Shown here piece by piece: positions 46,824-56,860 of a stretch of DNA of 64,000 nucleotides. The stretch spans positions 9,074 to 73,073 of the forward strand of contig JAKAKW010000011.1 of assembly GCA_021824345.1 (NCBI GenBank), in the 5' to 3' direction. The stretch comes from a bacterium (lineage in GTDB: Bacteria; Patescibacteriota; Minisyncoccia; Phycocordibacterales; UBA9973). Position 1 is the stretch's first letter, and each line of letters starts with the position of its first letter. The notes beneath the pieces were generated by a model. That model had not been told where the DNA came from, did not search any database, and worked only from the letters and a program-made list of their open reading frames with translations. The translations under genes were made by a program, and so were the position numbers.

Positions 46824-46861
46824 TCTAGCTTTGGCATAGGTCCAGTACAATAAAAGTACGC

Positions 46862-46893
46862 AAAAAACCGCCTTCGGGCGGTTTTTTGTTTTT
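46862..46893 (+). terminator. Rho-independent terminator of the surface-protein gene
   Basis: aaaaaaccgcc ttcg ggcggttttttgtttttg. Confidence 0.8.
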
Positions 46894-46926
46894 GTGTTTC
46901 AACTGTTTTATTTGTATAATGTACGA

Positions 46927-48951
46927 ATGAATTTAAAAGACAAGGTTCTCAAATATGCCAGTTTCATTCTTGTACTCCTTATTCCCGTCGTATATTTCGG
47001 AGGAGCGGCATATCCGAGCATCGCGCCTAAGATTTTTTTCTTTTACGGAGCAGTTGAATTGATGGCCGCCTTTTGGATATATGCTTTACTCACCGATCCG
47101 GAGTATCGATTAACAAAGAAAACTCTCCTTTATTTTATCCCCATATTTGCCTTTGTGGCATGGATGACCGTTTCAGGCGTCATGGCGGTCAATCCGCGTT
47201 TGGCGTTCTGGGGTACCCTGGCTCGAGGAACCGGCCTTATTGTTCTTTATCACGCCTTCATTTTTTCCGTTATAATGGCGTCTCTGTTTAAGAAGTTCGG
47301 AAAGGAATATTTGTACAGGCTGATGAAATGGTTTGTGGCGGGAGGGTTTTTGCTTTCAATAACCATATGGTTTGGGGCGTCAGGTTTCAAATTGCCGTAT
47401 CAGTGGTCTCAAACCGACGGGGGAGGAGGATTGACCGGCAATTCGTCTCTTGCGGCCGCCTACCTTCTCTTTGCCATTGCTTTTGGAATAATTTTGTTGC
47501 TTTCACGCTCAGTTTCTAAGAAAGAGAAATGGCTTACTGTGGGCGCCCTTACTGTTACAATCTTTTCTCCTCTTTTTATAAACTTGGTTTTCTGGATGTT
47601 CTCCGGCCAAGGTTTGATGGGGAATGCCCGCGGAGCAACAATAGGGATGTTTTCCGGAGTGGCTGCAGCTCTTGTAATTTATGCTATTTTTTCCGGTAAA
47701 AAAACTTGGCGAGCAATTGGCATTATCCTTGTTATCGCAGGGATTGCCAGCTTTTCATATCTATGGAATCGGTTAGTTACGCCCGGCACCTCTCTTCATG
47801 AGACATTTGTCCAAGATGCTACTGGTACCCGTTTCATATTTTGGAATGTGGGAAGCGAAGTTTTACAGGATAGTCCATGGTTTGGCTACGGGCCTGAAAA
47901 TTACATGATTGCTTTCCAAAGGCATTTTGATTACCGAATGCTTGAGGCAAAATATAACCATGAGGTATGGAACGATCGGGCCCATAACATCTATTATCAG
48001 ACCGGAACGGATGGCGGATATCCTGCCATTGTTTTATACGCGCTGTTTCTGGCAGGCATTCTATTTGCATTGTATAAAGCATACAAAAAAGAACGCCTGA
48101 GTCTGAAAGAGGCGTGCATCCTTGCCGGCTTGATCGTCGGATATGTTATCCAAAATTTGGTTTATTTCGATTCCACCATATCACTCATGGCTCTTTTCCT
48201 TGTGGCAGGAACAGCATACGGATTTCAATTTGACACCGCAAAACAAAATGAGGAAGTGTGGAAACTAAAGTCTATTCCAATCCAAAAGATCACATCCGTT
48301 ATCATCTTCATATTTTTTGCCCTTGCTTTCATTGTTTTCGCCTGGAATCCTTTTATGAAAGACATAGCGTATGTAAACGCCTTTGAACATCCGTCCGAAC
48401 AATCCTTCAAAGCCCTTGAAGACGGATCTTCCATTGGGGAAGATTGGGATGTCAGCGGATTTGCCAATGATATGTATAAGTTCTATGCTTCCCATTCCTT
48501 GTCCATAAAAAGCGACAAAGCCAGAAATGAACGTGCTATTCAAAGTATTTCATACACCCTTAACTATCTTGAATGGCTGGCTCCGAGAGAGCCGTATGAT
48601 TTTCGCCTTTATGCGAGCATGGTACTTCTATACAATACCAGGACTTTCCTTTCAAATGCTTCATATGATTCCGCGCAAGCGGAACACTTGCTTGCGCTTC
48701 TGGCTCATGCGGAAAAGCTGTCTCCCGGGGACCCAGAGATGTATTGGAATGAGGCCCAGATAATGGCCTGGAAGGGCGATTTGCAAGCTGCGGCAAACGC
48801 GTATGAAAAGGCGATAGAGGTTGCGCCAAAATTGTCCGTATCGCATGAACTGCTCATTAAGTTCGCACGGGCTCTGGGCGACAAAAATCTGTATAACTTT
48901 GCGGTAGATCAGGCAAAAAAGTATGTTCCCAATTTTGTAATTCCCAATTAG
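46927..48951 (+). CDS. Wzy_C (O-antigen ligase/polymerase superfamily) membrane protein with C-terminal TPR-like domain
   Basis: Multi-TM protein with the Wzy_C signature region ...WNDRAHNIYYQTGTDGGYPAIVLY... and a periplasmic C-terminal TPR-like region. Start placed at ATG 46927 (MNLKD...) because the ATG at 46894 abuts the upstream terminator and a TATAAT lies at 46913-18. Confidence 0.8.
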   Translation: MNLKDKVLKYASFILVLLIPVVYFGGAAYPSIAPKIFFFYGAVELMAAFWIYALLTDPEYRLTKKTLLYFIPIFAFVAWMTVSGVMAVNPRLAFWGTLARGTGLIVLYHAFIFSVIMASLFKKFGKEYLYRLMKWFVAGGFLLSITIWFGASGFKLPYQWSQTDGGGGLTGNSSLAAAYLLFAIAFGIILLLSRSVSKKEKWLTVGALTVTIFSPLFINLVFWMFSGQGLMGNARGATIGMFSGVAAALVIYAIFSGKKTWRAIGIILVIAGIASFSYLWNRLVTPGTSLHETFVQDATGTRFIFWNVGSEVLQDSPWFGYGPENYMIAFQRHFDYRMLEAKYNHEVWNDRAHNIYYQTGTDGGYPAIVLYALFLAGILFALYKAYKKERLSLKEACILAGLIVGYVIQNLVYFDSTISLMALFLVAGTAYGFQFDTAKQNEEVWKLKSIPIQKITSVIIFIFFALAFIVFAWNPFMKDIAYVNAFEHPSEQSFKALEDGSSIGEDWDVSGFANDMYKFYASHSLSIKSDKARNERAIQSISYTLNYLEWLAPREPYDFRLYASMVLLYNTRTFLSNASYDSAQAEHLLALLAHAEKLSPGDPEMYWNEAQIMAWKGDLQAAANAYEKAIEVAPKLSVSHELLIKFARALGDKNLYNFAVDQAKKYVPNFVIPN

Positions 48952-48974
48952 CAGTGTTTTGACGCCATTTTCAA

Positions 48975-49880
48975 ATGAAAAAAATTGTGATAACCGGAGG
49001 GGCAGGCTTTATCGGATCCCACATTGCGGATGCGCTGATTGAGAAAGGATATGAAGTCCATGTGGTGGACAATCTTTCCGCCGGGAAGAAAGAGAATGTG
49101 AATTCCAAAGCCATTTTGCACGTCGCGGATATACGCAATGGCATGGAAATGCTTAAGATATTTGAGGGAGCGGAATATGTTTTTCACGAAGCCGCTTTTC
49201 CGAGGGTGCAATATTCCATTGAAAATCCGGTGGAAACGCATGACATAAACGTAAACGGAACTTTGAATGTGCTGGAAGCGGCGCGGCTGTCCGGAGCAAA
49301 AAAAGTGATCTTCGCTTCCTCCTGCGCGGTATATGGCAATCCGACAAAATTACCAGTGGATGAAACTGGCGAGATTTCTCCCATGTCTCCCTATGCGGTG
49401 CACAAATGGATGGGGGAAAAGTATTGCCGAATGTATTCGGATCTGTACGGCCTTAAAACTGTCTGTCTCAGGTACTTTAACGTATACGGTCCGCGTATGG
49501 ATCCGGAGGGAGCTTATCCAATGGCGATCGGTAATTTCATCAAGATGCGTAAAATAGGCAAGCCTCTTCCCATAACCGGCGACGGAACGCAGACCAGAGA
49601 TTTTGTGAATGTAAAAGATGTGGTAAAGGCCAATCTTCTTGCGTTGGAATCAGACAAGATTGAAAAAGGAGAGGTGGTGAATATAGGCAGCGGCGTAAAA
49701 ACTTCCGTCAATCGCCTCGCCGAGCTTATCGGTGGACCTGTGGAGCGCATTTCTGCGCGACATGAACCGCACGATGTGCAATCTGATGTTTCATTGGCTG
49801 AAAAACTTTTAAGCTGGAAAGCGTCGGTAGTTATCGAGGAAGGACTTGCGGAATTAAAAAAAGAAAATAGTATAGCTTGA
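48975..49880 (+). CDS. NAD-dependent sugar-nucleotide epimerase (GalE-like extended SDR)
   Basis: ITGGAGFIGSH Rossmann motif, SS.AVYG, YAVHK (YxxxK). Confidence 0.8.
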   Translation: MKKIVITGGAGFIGSHIADALIEKGYEVHVVDNLSAGKKENVNSKAILHVADIRNGMEMLKIFEGAEYVFHEAAFPRVQYSIENPVETHDINVNGTLNVLEAARLSGAKKVIFASSCAVYGNPTKLPVDETGEISPMSPYAVHKWMGEKYCRMYSDLYGLKTVCLRYFNVYGPRMDPEGAYPMAIGNFIKMRKIGKPLPITGDGTQTRDFVNVKDVVKANLLALESDKIEKGEVVNIGSGVKTSVNRLAELIGGPVERISARHEPHDVQSDVSLAEKLLSWKASVVIEEGLAELKKENSIA

Positions 49881-49884
49881 GCGA

Positions 49885-50829
49885 CTACTGGCTCACAACG
49901 CTTTTGAAATACTCAATGGTTTTCTTTAGGCCTTCTTCCAGGGGAATCTTCGGTTCCCATTTTAATTTTTCTTTTGCGAGGGTTATATCCGGCTTCCGGC
50001 GGCGGGGGTCATCTTCAGGCAAGCCCTTGAAGACTATTTTTGATTTTGATTCTGACAAGTTTAATATCTTTTCTGCGATATCAAGCACGGTTCTCTCATC
50101 CGGATTGCCCAAGTTAACTGGTCCGGTAAAATCGCTGTTCATAAGCTTAACGAGTCCTAAGACCATATCTGAAACATAACAGAAAGATCGTGTTTGCCGT
50201 CCGTCGCCGTATACCGTCAAATCTTTTCCTTCAATTGCCTGCACAATAAAATTAGAAACCACTCTTCCGTCGTCTGCATTCATGCCGGGTCCGTAAGTGT
50301 TGAAGATTCTGGCAACACGTATCTTTGTTCCATACTTTCTCTGAAAATCAAAAAAAAGAGTCTCCGCTATTCTTTTTCCTTCGTCATAGCAGGATCTTAT
50401 GCCGATAGGGTTTACGTTTCCTTTATATTTTTCATTTTGCGGACTTTCCAAAGGGTCACCATAGATTTCGGATGTTGAGGATTGGAGAATTTTTGCATTA
50501 TTTGCTCTTGCCAGTTCCAGGACATTAAGCACGCCTATGGTGTTTGTCTGAATGGTGTGCACGGGATCAAGTTGGTAGTGTACGGGAGACGCGGGACAAG
50601 CAAGATTGTATATTTCGTCTATTTTCTGTTTTGGAAATTCTGCATTAATAATGTCTTTCTTTATGAATGTAAAGCGTTTTTCTTCCAAGAGGTGCCGGAG
50701 ATTTTCCATGCTTCCAGTCAATAAATTATCAACCCCGATGATTCTATAGTTTTCATTTTCAAGAAGATAACGGGAAAGATTGCTACCGATAAATCCTGCG
50801 CAACCCGTTATCATAATTGTTTTTGTCAT
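49885..50829 (-). CDS. UDP-glucuronate decarboxylase (UDP-xylose synthase)-like extended SDR
   Basis: IMITGCAGFIGSNL...VDNLLTGS...YGDPL.SPQ.E.Y.GNVNPIGIRSCYDEGKR... is characteristic of UXS/ArnA-decarboxylase enzymes. The track ORF begins at a TTG at 50868; the ATG at 50829 (MTKTIMITG) is the likely start. Confidence 0.75.
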   Translation of the reverse strand: MTKTIMITGCAGFIGSNLSRYLLENENYRIIGVDNLLTGSMENLRHLLEEKRFTFIKKDIINAEFPKQKIDEIYNLACPASPVHYQLDPVHTIQTNTIGVLNVLELARANNAKILQSSTSEIYGDPLESPQNEKYKGNVNPIGIRSCYDEGKRIAETLFFDFQRKYGTKIRVARIFNTYGPGMNADDGRVVSNFIVQAIEGKDLTVYGDGRQTRSFCYVSDMVLGLVKLMNSDFTGPVNLGNPDERTVLDIAEKILNLSESKSKIVFKGLPEDDPRRRKPDITLAKEKLKWEPKIPLEEGLKKTIEYFKSVVSQ

Positions 50830-50983
50830 GTCGGTCTTTATACTAACACCCGTTGTATTTAGTGGCAATATGTCTTAGTATAATTAAATTAATTGGGCGG
50901 AAAATGCAGGCGCGCAGAAAATGGTATAATATGAATGATCTAAAGGCAATTTTCCGAAAGTAAAAATAATAACATAAATCAAT

Positions 50984-52072
50984 ATGACAAAAAAATTTAA
51001 TAAAAGAAATCAAAAAGTAAACAAACGAGCGCTAATAATAGGCATAACGGGCCAAGACGGCTCGTATTTGGCTGAATTCCTGCTCTCTCGCGGATACGAG
51101 GTGCACGGCCTTATACGGCGCTCTTCCAGCTTCAACACGGGCCGTTTGGACGATATTTACCAGGATCCGCATGAAAGCCACCGCAGGCTCTATTTGCACT
51201 ATGGCGACCTAATTGATTCTCACAGCCTATTAAATATCATCAGCGAAAGCCAGCCGGACGAAATTTACAATCTCGGGGCGCAGAGCCATGTGCGCGTCAG
51301 CTTTGACATTCCGGAATATACCGCCGACGTGGATGCGCTGGGAACCACCCGCCTTTTGGATGCGGTGCGGGCGAGTAAACTGCCTGCAAAAATTTATCAA
51401 GCAGGATCCAGCGAGATGTTCGGGAAAGTATTGGAAACTCCGCAAAAAGAAAACACTCCATTCAACCCTCAAAGCCCCTATGCATGCGCCAAAGTATTCT
51501 CGCACTTCATTTGTAAAAATTACCGCGATTCATACGGAATGTTCATCGCCAACGGCATACTTTTCAATCATGAATCTCCCCGGCGGGGAAAAACTTTTGT
51601 GACCAAGAAAATAACCGAAGGCCTTGCGGACATAAGACTGGGGAAGAAAGACAGAATATATCTTGGGAATCTGGACGCCAAGCGCGATTGGGGATACGCG
51701 CCGGACTACGTGGAAGCAATGTGGCAGATGCTCCAGGAGGAAAAGCCGAATGATTACGTAATATCTACAGGGGAAACTCATTCAGTGCGCGAATTTGCCG
51801 AGGAAGCGGCACGTCTCATAGACATGGATCTGCAATGGAAGGGAAGCGGGCTTGAGGAGGAAGGCATAGACGCAAAGACGGGCCAAACAATCATCAGCAT
51901 TGATCCAAAGTATTACCGCCCTAGCGAGGTGGATGCCCTTCTCGGCGATAGTTCCAAGGCAAAGAAGAATCTTGGCTGGGAACCAAAAGTTAAATTCAAG
52001 GAGTTAGTGAAAATTATGATGGTAGGAGAGTTTGAAGAGAGAAAATTGGACAGTTCCGCATATTTGTCTTGA
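50984..52072 (+). CDS. gmd: GDP-mannose 4,6-dehydratase
   Basis: [34 protein letters not shown]..., GMD family. Confidence 0.9.
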   Translation: MTKKFNKRNQKVNKRALIIGITGQDGSYLAEFLLSRGYEVHGLIRRSSSFNTGRLDDIYQDPHESHRRLYLHYGDLIDSHSLLNIISESQPDEIYNLGAQSHVRVSFDIPEYTADVDALGTTRLLDAVRASKLPAKIYQAGSSEMFGKVLETPQKENTPFNPQSPYACAKVFSHFICKNYRDSYGMFIANGILFNHESPRRGKTFVTKKITEGLADIRLGKKDRIYLGNLDAKRDWGYAPDYVEAMWQMLQEEKPNDYVISTGETHSVREFAEEAARLIDMDLQWKGSGLEEEGIDAKTGQTIISIDPKYYRPSEVDALLGDSSKAKKNLGWEPKVKFKELVKIMMVGEFEERKLDSSAYLS

Positions 52073-53007
52073 TCATGGAAAAGAACTCCAAAATATACGT
52101 TGCCGGACATACCGGACTTGTCGGTTCGGCGATTGTACGAGAACTTAAAAAACAGGGATATGAGAATCTAATATTTAGGACTAGCAAAGAGCTAGACTTG
52201 CGCTCGCAATCAGACACCTTAGATTTTTTTAAGAAAGAACAGCCCGAGTATGTCTTTCTTGCCGCCGCCAAAGTTGGCGGTATAGGGGCAAATGATAAAT
52301 ATTCGGCGGATTTCATTAGGGACAACCTAGAGATAGAAGACAACGTAATTGACGGCAGCCACCAAGGGGGAGCAAAGAAACTGCTTTTTTTGGGCAGTTC
52401 ATGTATATATCCAAAGCTTGCTCCCCAGCCTTTAAAAGAAGAATACTTGCTCACCGGTCCGCTTGAAGAGACAAATAAAGCGTATGCGGTAGCAAAAATA
52501 GCCGGAATCACCATGTGCCAGATGTATGATAAACAGTATGGCACGAATTTTATTAGCGCCATGCCTACTAATTTGTATGGTCCCGGGGACAATTTTGATC
52601 TTGAAACTTCGCATGTTCTGCCCGCGATGATTCGGAAGTTTCATGAAGCAAAAGAAAGCGGGGCTAAAGAAGTGACACTGTGGGGCACGGGCAATCCTAA
52701 ACGAGAATTTCTGCATGTGGATGACTTGGCAAGCGCATGCGTTTTCCTTATGGAAAAGTACGATAGTCCGGAGATAATAAACGTGGGAACAGGGGAAGAT
52801 GTTTCAATAATGGAGCTGGCAGACAAAGTAAAAAAAATAATAGGGTGTTCCGGTAAAATTGTATGGGATTCAGACAAGCCCGACGGAACGCCGCGTAAGC
52901 TGCTGGATACTTCAAAAATCAATGCTCTCGGCTGGAGACCGTTAATTTCCATGGACGAAGGTATAAAATCTACATACGAGTGGTTTTTGGATAAATATGG
53001 AAAATAA
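52069..53007 (+). CDS. fcl: GDP-L-fucose synthase (GDP-4-keto-6-deoxymannose 3,5-epimerase/4-reductase)
   Basis: [15 protein letters not shown].., [14 protein letters not shown]. 4-nt overlap with gmd. Confidence 0.9.
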   Translation: MIMEKNSKIYVAGHTGLVGSAIVRELKKQGYENLIFRTSKELDLRSQSDTLDFFKKEQPEYVFLAAAKVGGIGANDKYSADFIRDNLEIEDNVIDGSHQGGAKKLLFLGSSCIYPKLAPQPLKEEYLLTGPLEETNKAYAVAKIAGITMCQMYDKQYGTNFISAMPTNLYGPGDNFDLETSHVLPAMIRKFHEAKESGAKEVTLWGTGNPKREFLHVDDLASACVFLMEKYDSPEIINVGTGEDVSIMELADKVKKIIGCSGKIVWDSDKPDGTPRKLLDTSKINALGWRPLISMDEGIKSTYEWFLDKYGK

Positions 53008-55015
53008 ATATGACATTGTAATAGTCGGCGCCGGAATTTCCGGCGCTACTCTGGCAGAGCGGTACGCTTCTTTAGGAAAAAAAGTGCTGGTGATAGAATC
53101 TCGGGACCATATCGGAGGAAACTGTTACGATTTCATTAATGAAGACGGAATCTTGGTGGCAAAATACGGGCCGCACTATTTTCATACGAATTATGAAGAC
53201 GTGTGGAGATATGTGAACCGTTTTTCTGAATGGGTCCCTTTTGAGGCTCGAGCCGTCAGTCATATTGACGGGAAAAAGGTTTCTTTACCCATAAACATAA
53301 AGACAATAAATCAGGTCTTTGGCTTGGAGATTAAAGAAAAAGAAGAAATGGAGAAGTGGGTAAAAGAAAATACTGAACCAAAAAGGCACCCCAGAAATTC
53401 TGAAGATGCGGCAATAGGCCGGGTAGGCAAAATCCTATATGAAAAGGTATTCAAGGAGTACACTCGAAAACAATGGGATAAGGATCCCAAGGAGCTTGAC
53501 CCTGAAGTGACAAACAGGATACCGATTCGCCTAAACGATGACGACAGGTATTTTACCGATGTCCATCAAGCCATACCAAGGGAAGGATACGCCAAGCTTT
53601 TTAAAAATATGTTAAGCAATGAAAATATAGAAGTTCGCCTCAATACCAAGTGGGAAGATGAAAAAGACAGGATTACTTACCGGGAGAAACTTTTTTTTAC
53701 GGGGAGGATTGATTCATATTTTAAAAAGAAATTCGGCCTGTTGGAATATCGCTCGCTTAAGTTTGAGTTTGAGACTTTTAACCGCGAATATTTTCAGGAA
53801 TACGTGCAGGAGAATTACCCGTCACTTAAAGTTCCCTTTACCCGAATTGTTGAATACAAGCATATGACCGGTCAGAAACATCCAAAAACGACCGTTTCCC
53901 GCGAATATCCTACTTGGGAGGGGGAGCCGTATTATCCGGTTCCTTCGACAAAAAACAGGAAGATATACGTAAAATATCAGCATGAGGCGAAAAGGTTGGA
54001 GAAGAAAAACATTTATTTTGTCGGCCGACTGGCCAATTACAAATACTTTAATATGGATCAGGCGTTCAAGAACGCCCTGGATTTGTTCTATAGGCTGGAA
54101 GGAAAGAAAGAACGCGGATCGGGGATGACGGTAAGACTCGCCGGGGGAATGGGAAACCAGATGTTTCAATACGCACTTGGCCGGAAGCTTTCAATAAAAA
54201 ACAACGTACCCTTGTATCTTGATTTGACGTTTTTAAATCACAGAGTCAAACTACCGGAGTTTTTGCGCCCTCATTTCGTTTTTCATGATTTGAAACTTGA
54301 TGTGTTTAATATCAAGGCTGACATCGCGAATCCCGCCCAAATTGGTTTTTGGAACCGTCCCTTTTTATCTGGAAAGATCATGATATTGATTGACGCGATT
54401 TTGCGCAAGCTCGCGCTCTTCCCAGGATGGGAAAAGTCATTTTCTTTTAACAAGAAAATCCTTGATTTAGGTCCTGGCACGTACCTGGAGGGATATTGGC
54501 AAAGCGAAAAATATTTCAAGGATATAAGCGAAACGCTTCGGAAAGATTTTTCCTTGAAAGCGCCCTTGTCCGGCAAGGCAGCGGAACTTTATAAAGAAAT
54601 AAGAAACTGCGCGTCCTTATGTATATTTGTGCGCAGGAAAGACATGGCAGATAAATCTTTTCACGGCACCGTGCCCATTGAGTATTACCGTGCCGGCATA
54701 GAATACATAAAGAAGCGTCAACCTATTGAAAAAATATACGTGTTTTCAGATGACAATGAATGGTGCCGGCAGAATCTGAAGTTTGAATATCCCACCTTGA
54801 TCGCCGAAAAGGAATGTTCCGGCAAGAAATGGGAAGGGCATCTTATTTTAATGAGTGCGGGCCGGAATTTCATAATCGCCAACAGTACTTTTTCCTGGTG
54901 GTCGGCATGGCTTTCAGATAACCCGAACAAGATAGTCGTTGCCCCTAAACAATGGTTTGGGAACAATAGGCTGGACGATTCCGATTTAATACCCGAAAGC
55001 TGGGTAAGATTATAA
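52997..55015 (+). CDS. Fusion ORF: UDP-galactopyranose mutase (N-terminal ~375 aa) plus GT11 alpha-1,2-fucosyltransferase (C-terminal ~295 aa)
   Basis: N-terminal [18 protein letters not shown]...[15 protein letters not shown] (Glf FAD-binding) through ...[12 protein letters not shown]. The C-terminal part begins at the internal Met of [18 protein letters not shown] (GT11 motif I) and contains VRRKD, YVFSDD and [12 protein letters not shown] motifs. Continuous frame with no stop. 11-nt overlap with fcl. Confidence 0.75.
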   Translation: MENKYDIVIVGAGISGATLAERYASLGKKVLVIESRDHIGGNCYDFINEDGILVAKYGPHYFHTNYEDVWRYVNRFSEWVPFEARAVSHIDGKKVSLPINIKTINQVFGLEIKEKEEMEKWVKENTEPKRHPRNSEDAAIGRVGKILYEKVFKEYTRKQWDKDPKELDPEVTNRIPIRLNDDDRYFTDVHQAIPREGYAKLFKNMLSNENIEVRLNTKWEDEKDRITYREKLFFTGRIDSYFKKKFGLLEYRSLKFEFETFNREYFQEYVQENYPSLKVPFTRIVEYKHMTGQKHPKTTVSREYPTWEGEPYYPVPSTKNRKIYVKYQHEAKRLEKKNIYFVGRLANYKYFNMDQAFKNALDLFYRLEGKKERGSGMTVRLAGGMGNQMFQYALGRKLSIKNNVPLYLDLTFLNHRVKLPEFLRPHFVFHDLKLDVFNIKADIANPAQIGFWNRPFLSGKIMILIDAILRKLALFPGWEKSFSFNKKILDLGPGTYLEGYWQSEKYFKDISETLRKDFSLKAPLSGKAAELYKEIRNCASLCIFVRRKDMADKSFHGTVPIEYYRAGIEYIKKRQPIEKIYVFSDDNEWCRQNLKFEYPTLIAEKECSGKKWEGHLILMSAGRNFIIANSTFSWWSAWLSDNPNKIVVAPKQWFGNNRLDDSDLIPESWVRL

Positions 55016-55090
55016 ATCTTTCATTTTAAGGATATTTATCAATTCTGATTTGTTGTTTTTATTCTTAATATAGCTTAGTATTATTTACAT

Positions 55091-55930
55091 ATGGCAAAAA
55101 AGAAACTCCGCATAGGATTTATCGGACAAGGATATATCGGGAAGAATTATGCGGATGATTTTGAACGCAGAGGATATAAAGTTACCCGATATTCAAAAGA
55201 GCGTCCTTATATCAAAAACAAAGAAGAAATCAAAGAGTGCGACGTAATATTCATAGCGGTTCCGACCCCTACGCGCCACGGATCCTTTTATGACGGAGTA
55301 TTGAGAGAAGTTATTCCTCTGGCCGGCCGAAATAAGGTTGTGGTCATCAAGTCCACTGTGAGCCCAGGCCTCACCCGCATCTTGCAAAATAAATTCAAAG
55401 ACCGCCTCATTATTCACAGTCCTGAATTTTTGAGCGAGGATACCGCCGCCAATGATGCAAGCAATCCTTTTTTTAATATTGTCGGTATAAAAAAGAATTC
55501 CCGAAAGCATAAAAAGGCGGCCTCGCTCCTTCTAACCATACTTCCTCCTTCTCCGTTTTTCTCCATAGTTTCATACGAAGAAGCCGAGCTCATAAAATAT
55601 ATTCATAATTCTATGGCCTTTACCCAAATTGTTTTTTTTAATCTTATGTATGATTTGGCCCTAAAATTTGGCGCCGATTGGGCCAATATCAACAGAGCCA
55701 TAAAAGCGGATCCGTTAATACCCAACAGGTACTCCGAACCTGTGCATAAGAGCGGAAGGGGTGCGGGCGGGCATTGTTTCATAAAGGATTTTGCAGTCAT
55801 ATCCCAGGCCTATGAAAAAGCAGTAAAGGATCCAAAAGGAATTGATGTATTGAAAAGCCTGGAAATAAAAAACATAGATCTTCTTAGAAAGAGCAAGAAG
55901 GATCTTGAATTGCTTCGTGAGATTTATTAA
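55091..55930 (+). CDS. UDP-glucose/GDP-mannose dehydrogenase-family protein, short (279 aa; C-terminal UDP-binding domain missing)
   Basis: IGFIGQGYIG (NAD-binding), VIFIAVPTPT, VVIKSTVSPG, IIHSPEFLSED, GAGGHCFIKD (catalytic Cys), as in Ugd; the ORF ends about 50 aa after the catalytic Cys. Confidence 0.55.
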   Translation: MAKKKLRIGFIGQGYIGKNYADDFERRGYKVTRYSKERPYIKNKEEIKECDVIFIAVPTPTRHGSFYDGVLREVIPLAGRNKVVVIKSTVSPGLTRILQNKFKDRLIIHSPEFLSEDTAANDASNPFFNIVGIKKNSRKHKKAASLLLTILPPSPFFSIVSYEEAELIKYIHNSMAFTQIVFFNLMYDLALKFGADWANINRAIKADPLIPNRYSEPVHKSGRGAGGHCFIKDFAVISQAYEKAVKDPKGIDVLKSLEIKNIDLLRKSKKDLELLREIY

Positions 55931-55939
55931 ATTTCCTAT

Positions 55940-56860
55940 ATGAAAAAAAACGCGGTTTCAGAAAAAATTTCGGCGGTTGTGGTAACGCATAATAGAAAAG
56001 AACTCTTAAGGAATTGTTTGAATGGAATTTTGCGGCAAACTGTCCCTGTCAACCATATCTTTATAATTGACAACGATTCTAAAGATGGTACGGAGGATAT
56101 GATCCGGGACAAATTTGGAGATAATCAGCTTGTAGAATATAGAAATCTCGGTAAAAATACCGGAAGCGCCGGTGGCTTTCATGAGGGTGTGAAGATGGCC
56201 TACGAGCGTGGATCGGAATGGATCTGGCTTATGGATGATGACGTAACACCTCGCCCTGATTGTCTGGAAAAAATGAAAAGCTACGGGCATATATCAAAAT
56301 GTATCAATGCAAACAAAGTTGATCCATCAAACAAGGAATATGAGTTCATGTTTGAAGTTATATTTGATCCTTCAATATGCAGAATGACTTTTATGAATAA
56401 TATCTCCTTTAAAAACGGCAAAGATTTTGCTTTTGTCAATGTCGGATGTTTTGAGGGAATGCTTATTCACCGAGATATTGTTGCCCAAATAGGTTTTCCT
56501 GACAAGCGATTTTTCATTTATAGCGATGATACCACTTATGGATTTATCGCTTCTCTGTATACAAATGTTATTTTTGTGAGAGATGCGTATTTTGATAAAA
56601 AAGTTTCCTTTAAAAATACTGCCACGCCGATTTTTTCATATTACGCGATTCGAAACCAATTCTTACTTAAGGAATACCTAAAGAAATACGGCATTTATAA
56701 TGCGCGCCTGTTTTATCTTGGAATAGCATTATTCGCCGGTCTGGCTGCCACCAAGCAGGCGGTTAGAAGCAGAGACATCAAGATACCATGGTATGTTCTT
56801 CGGGGATTATTTGACGGCTTAAGGGGAAAGTTTTATCAGATTGGGACACACAGAAAATGA
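55940..56860 (+). CDS. Family 2 glycosyltransferase
   Basis: ISAVVVTHNRKELL...IFIIDNDSKDGT (DxD) ...WIWLMDDD, GT-A fold GT2 motifs. Confidence 0.8.
   Translation: MKKNAVSEKISAVVVTHNRKELLRNCLNGILRQTVPVNHIFIIDNDSKDGTEDMIRDKFGDNQLVEYRNLGKNTGSAGGFHEGVKMAYERGSEWIWLMDDDVTPRPDCLEKMKSYGHISKCINANKVDPSNKEYEFMFEVIFDPSICRMTFMNNISFKNGKDFAFVNVGCFEGMLIHRDIVAQIGFPDKRFFIYSDDTTYGFIASLYTNVIFVRDAYFDKKVSFKNTATPIFSYYAIRNQFLLKEYLKKYGIYNARLFYLGIALFAGLAATKQAVRSRDIKIPWYVLRGLFDGLRGKFYQIGTHRK

Noticed and set aside
46894-46926. ATG at 46894 as start of the Wzy_C+TPR gene
   Set aside because: It directly abuts the T-run of the upstream terminator, and a TATAAT box (46913-18) lies between it and the next in-frame ATG (46927, MNLKD...), which is therefore preferred.
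50868-50868. TTG start at 50868 for the UXS-like gene (MPLNTTGVSIKTD...)
   Set aside because: An in-frame ATG 13 codons downstream gives the canonical MTKTIMITGCAGFIGS Rossmann N-terminus. The extension has no support.
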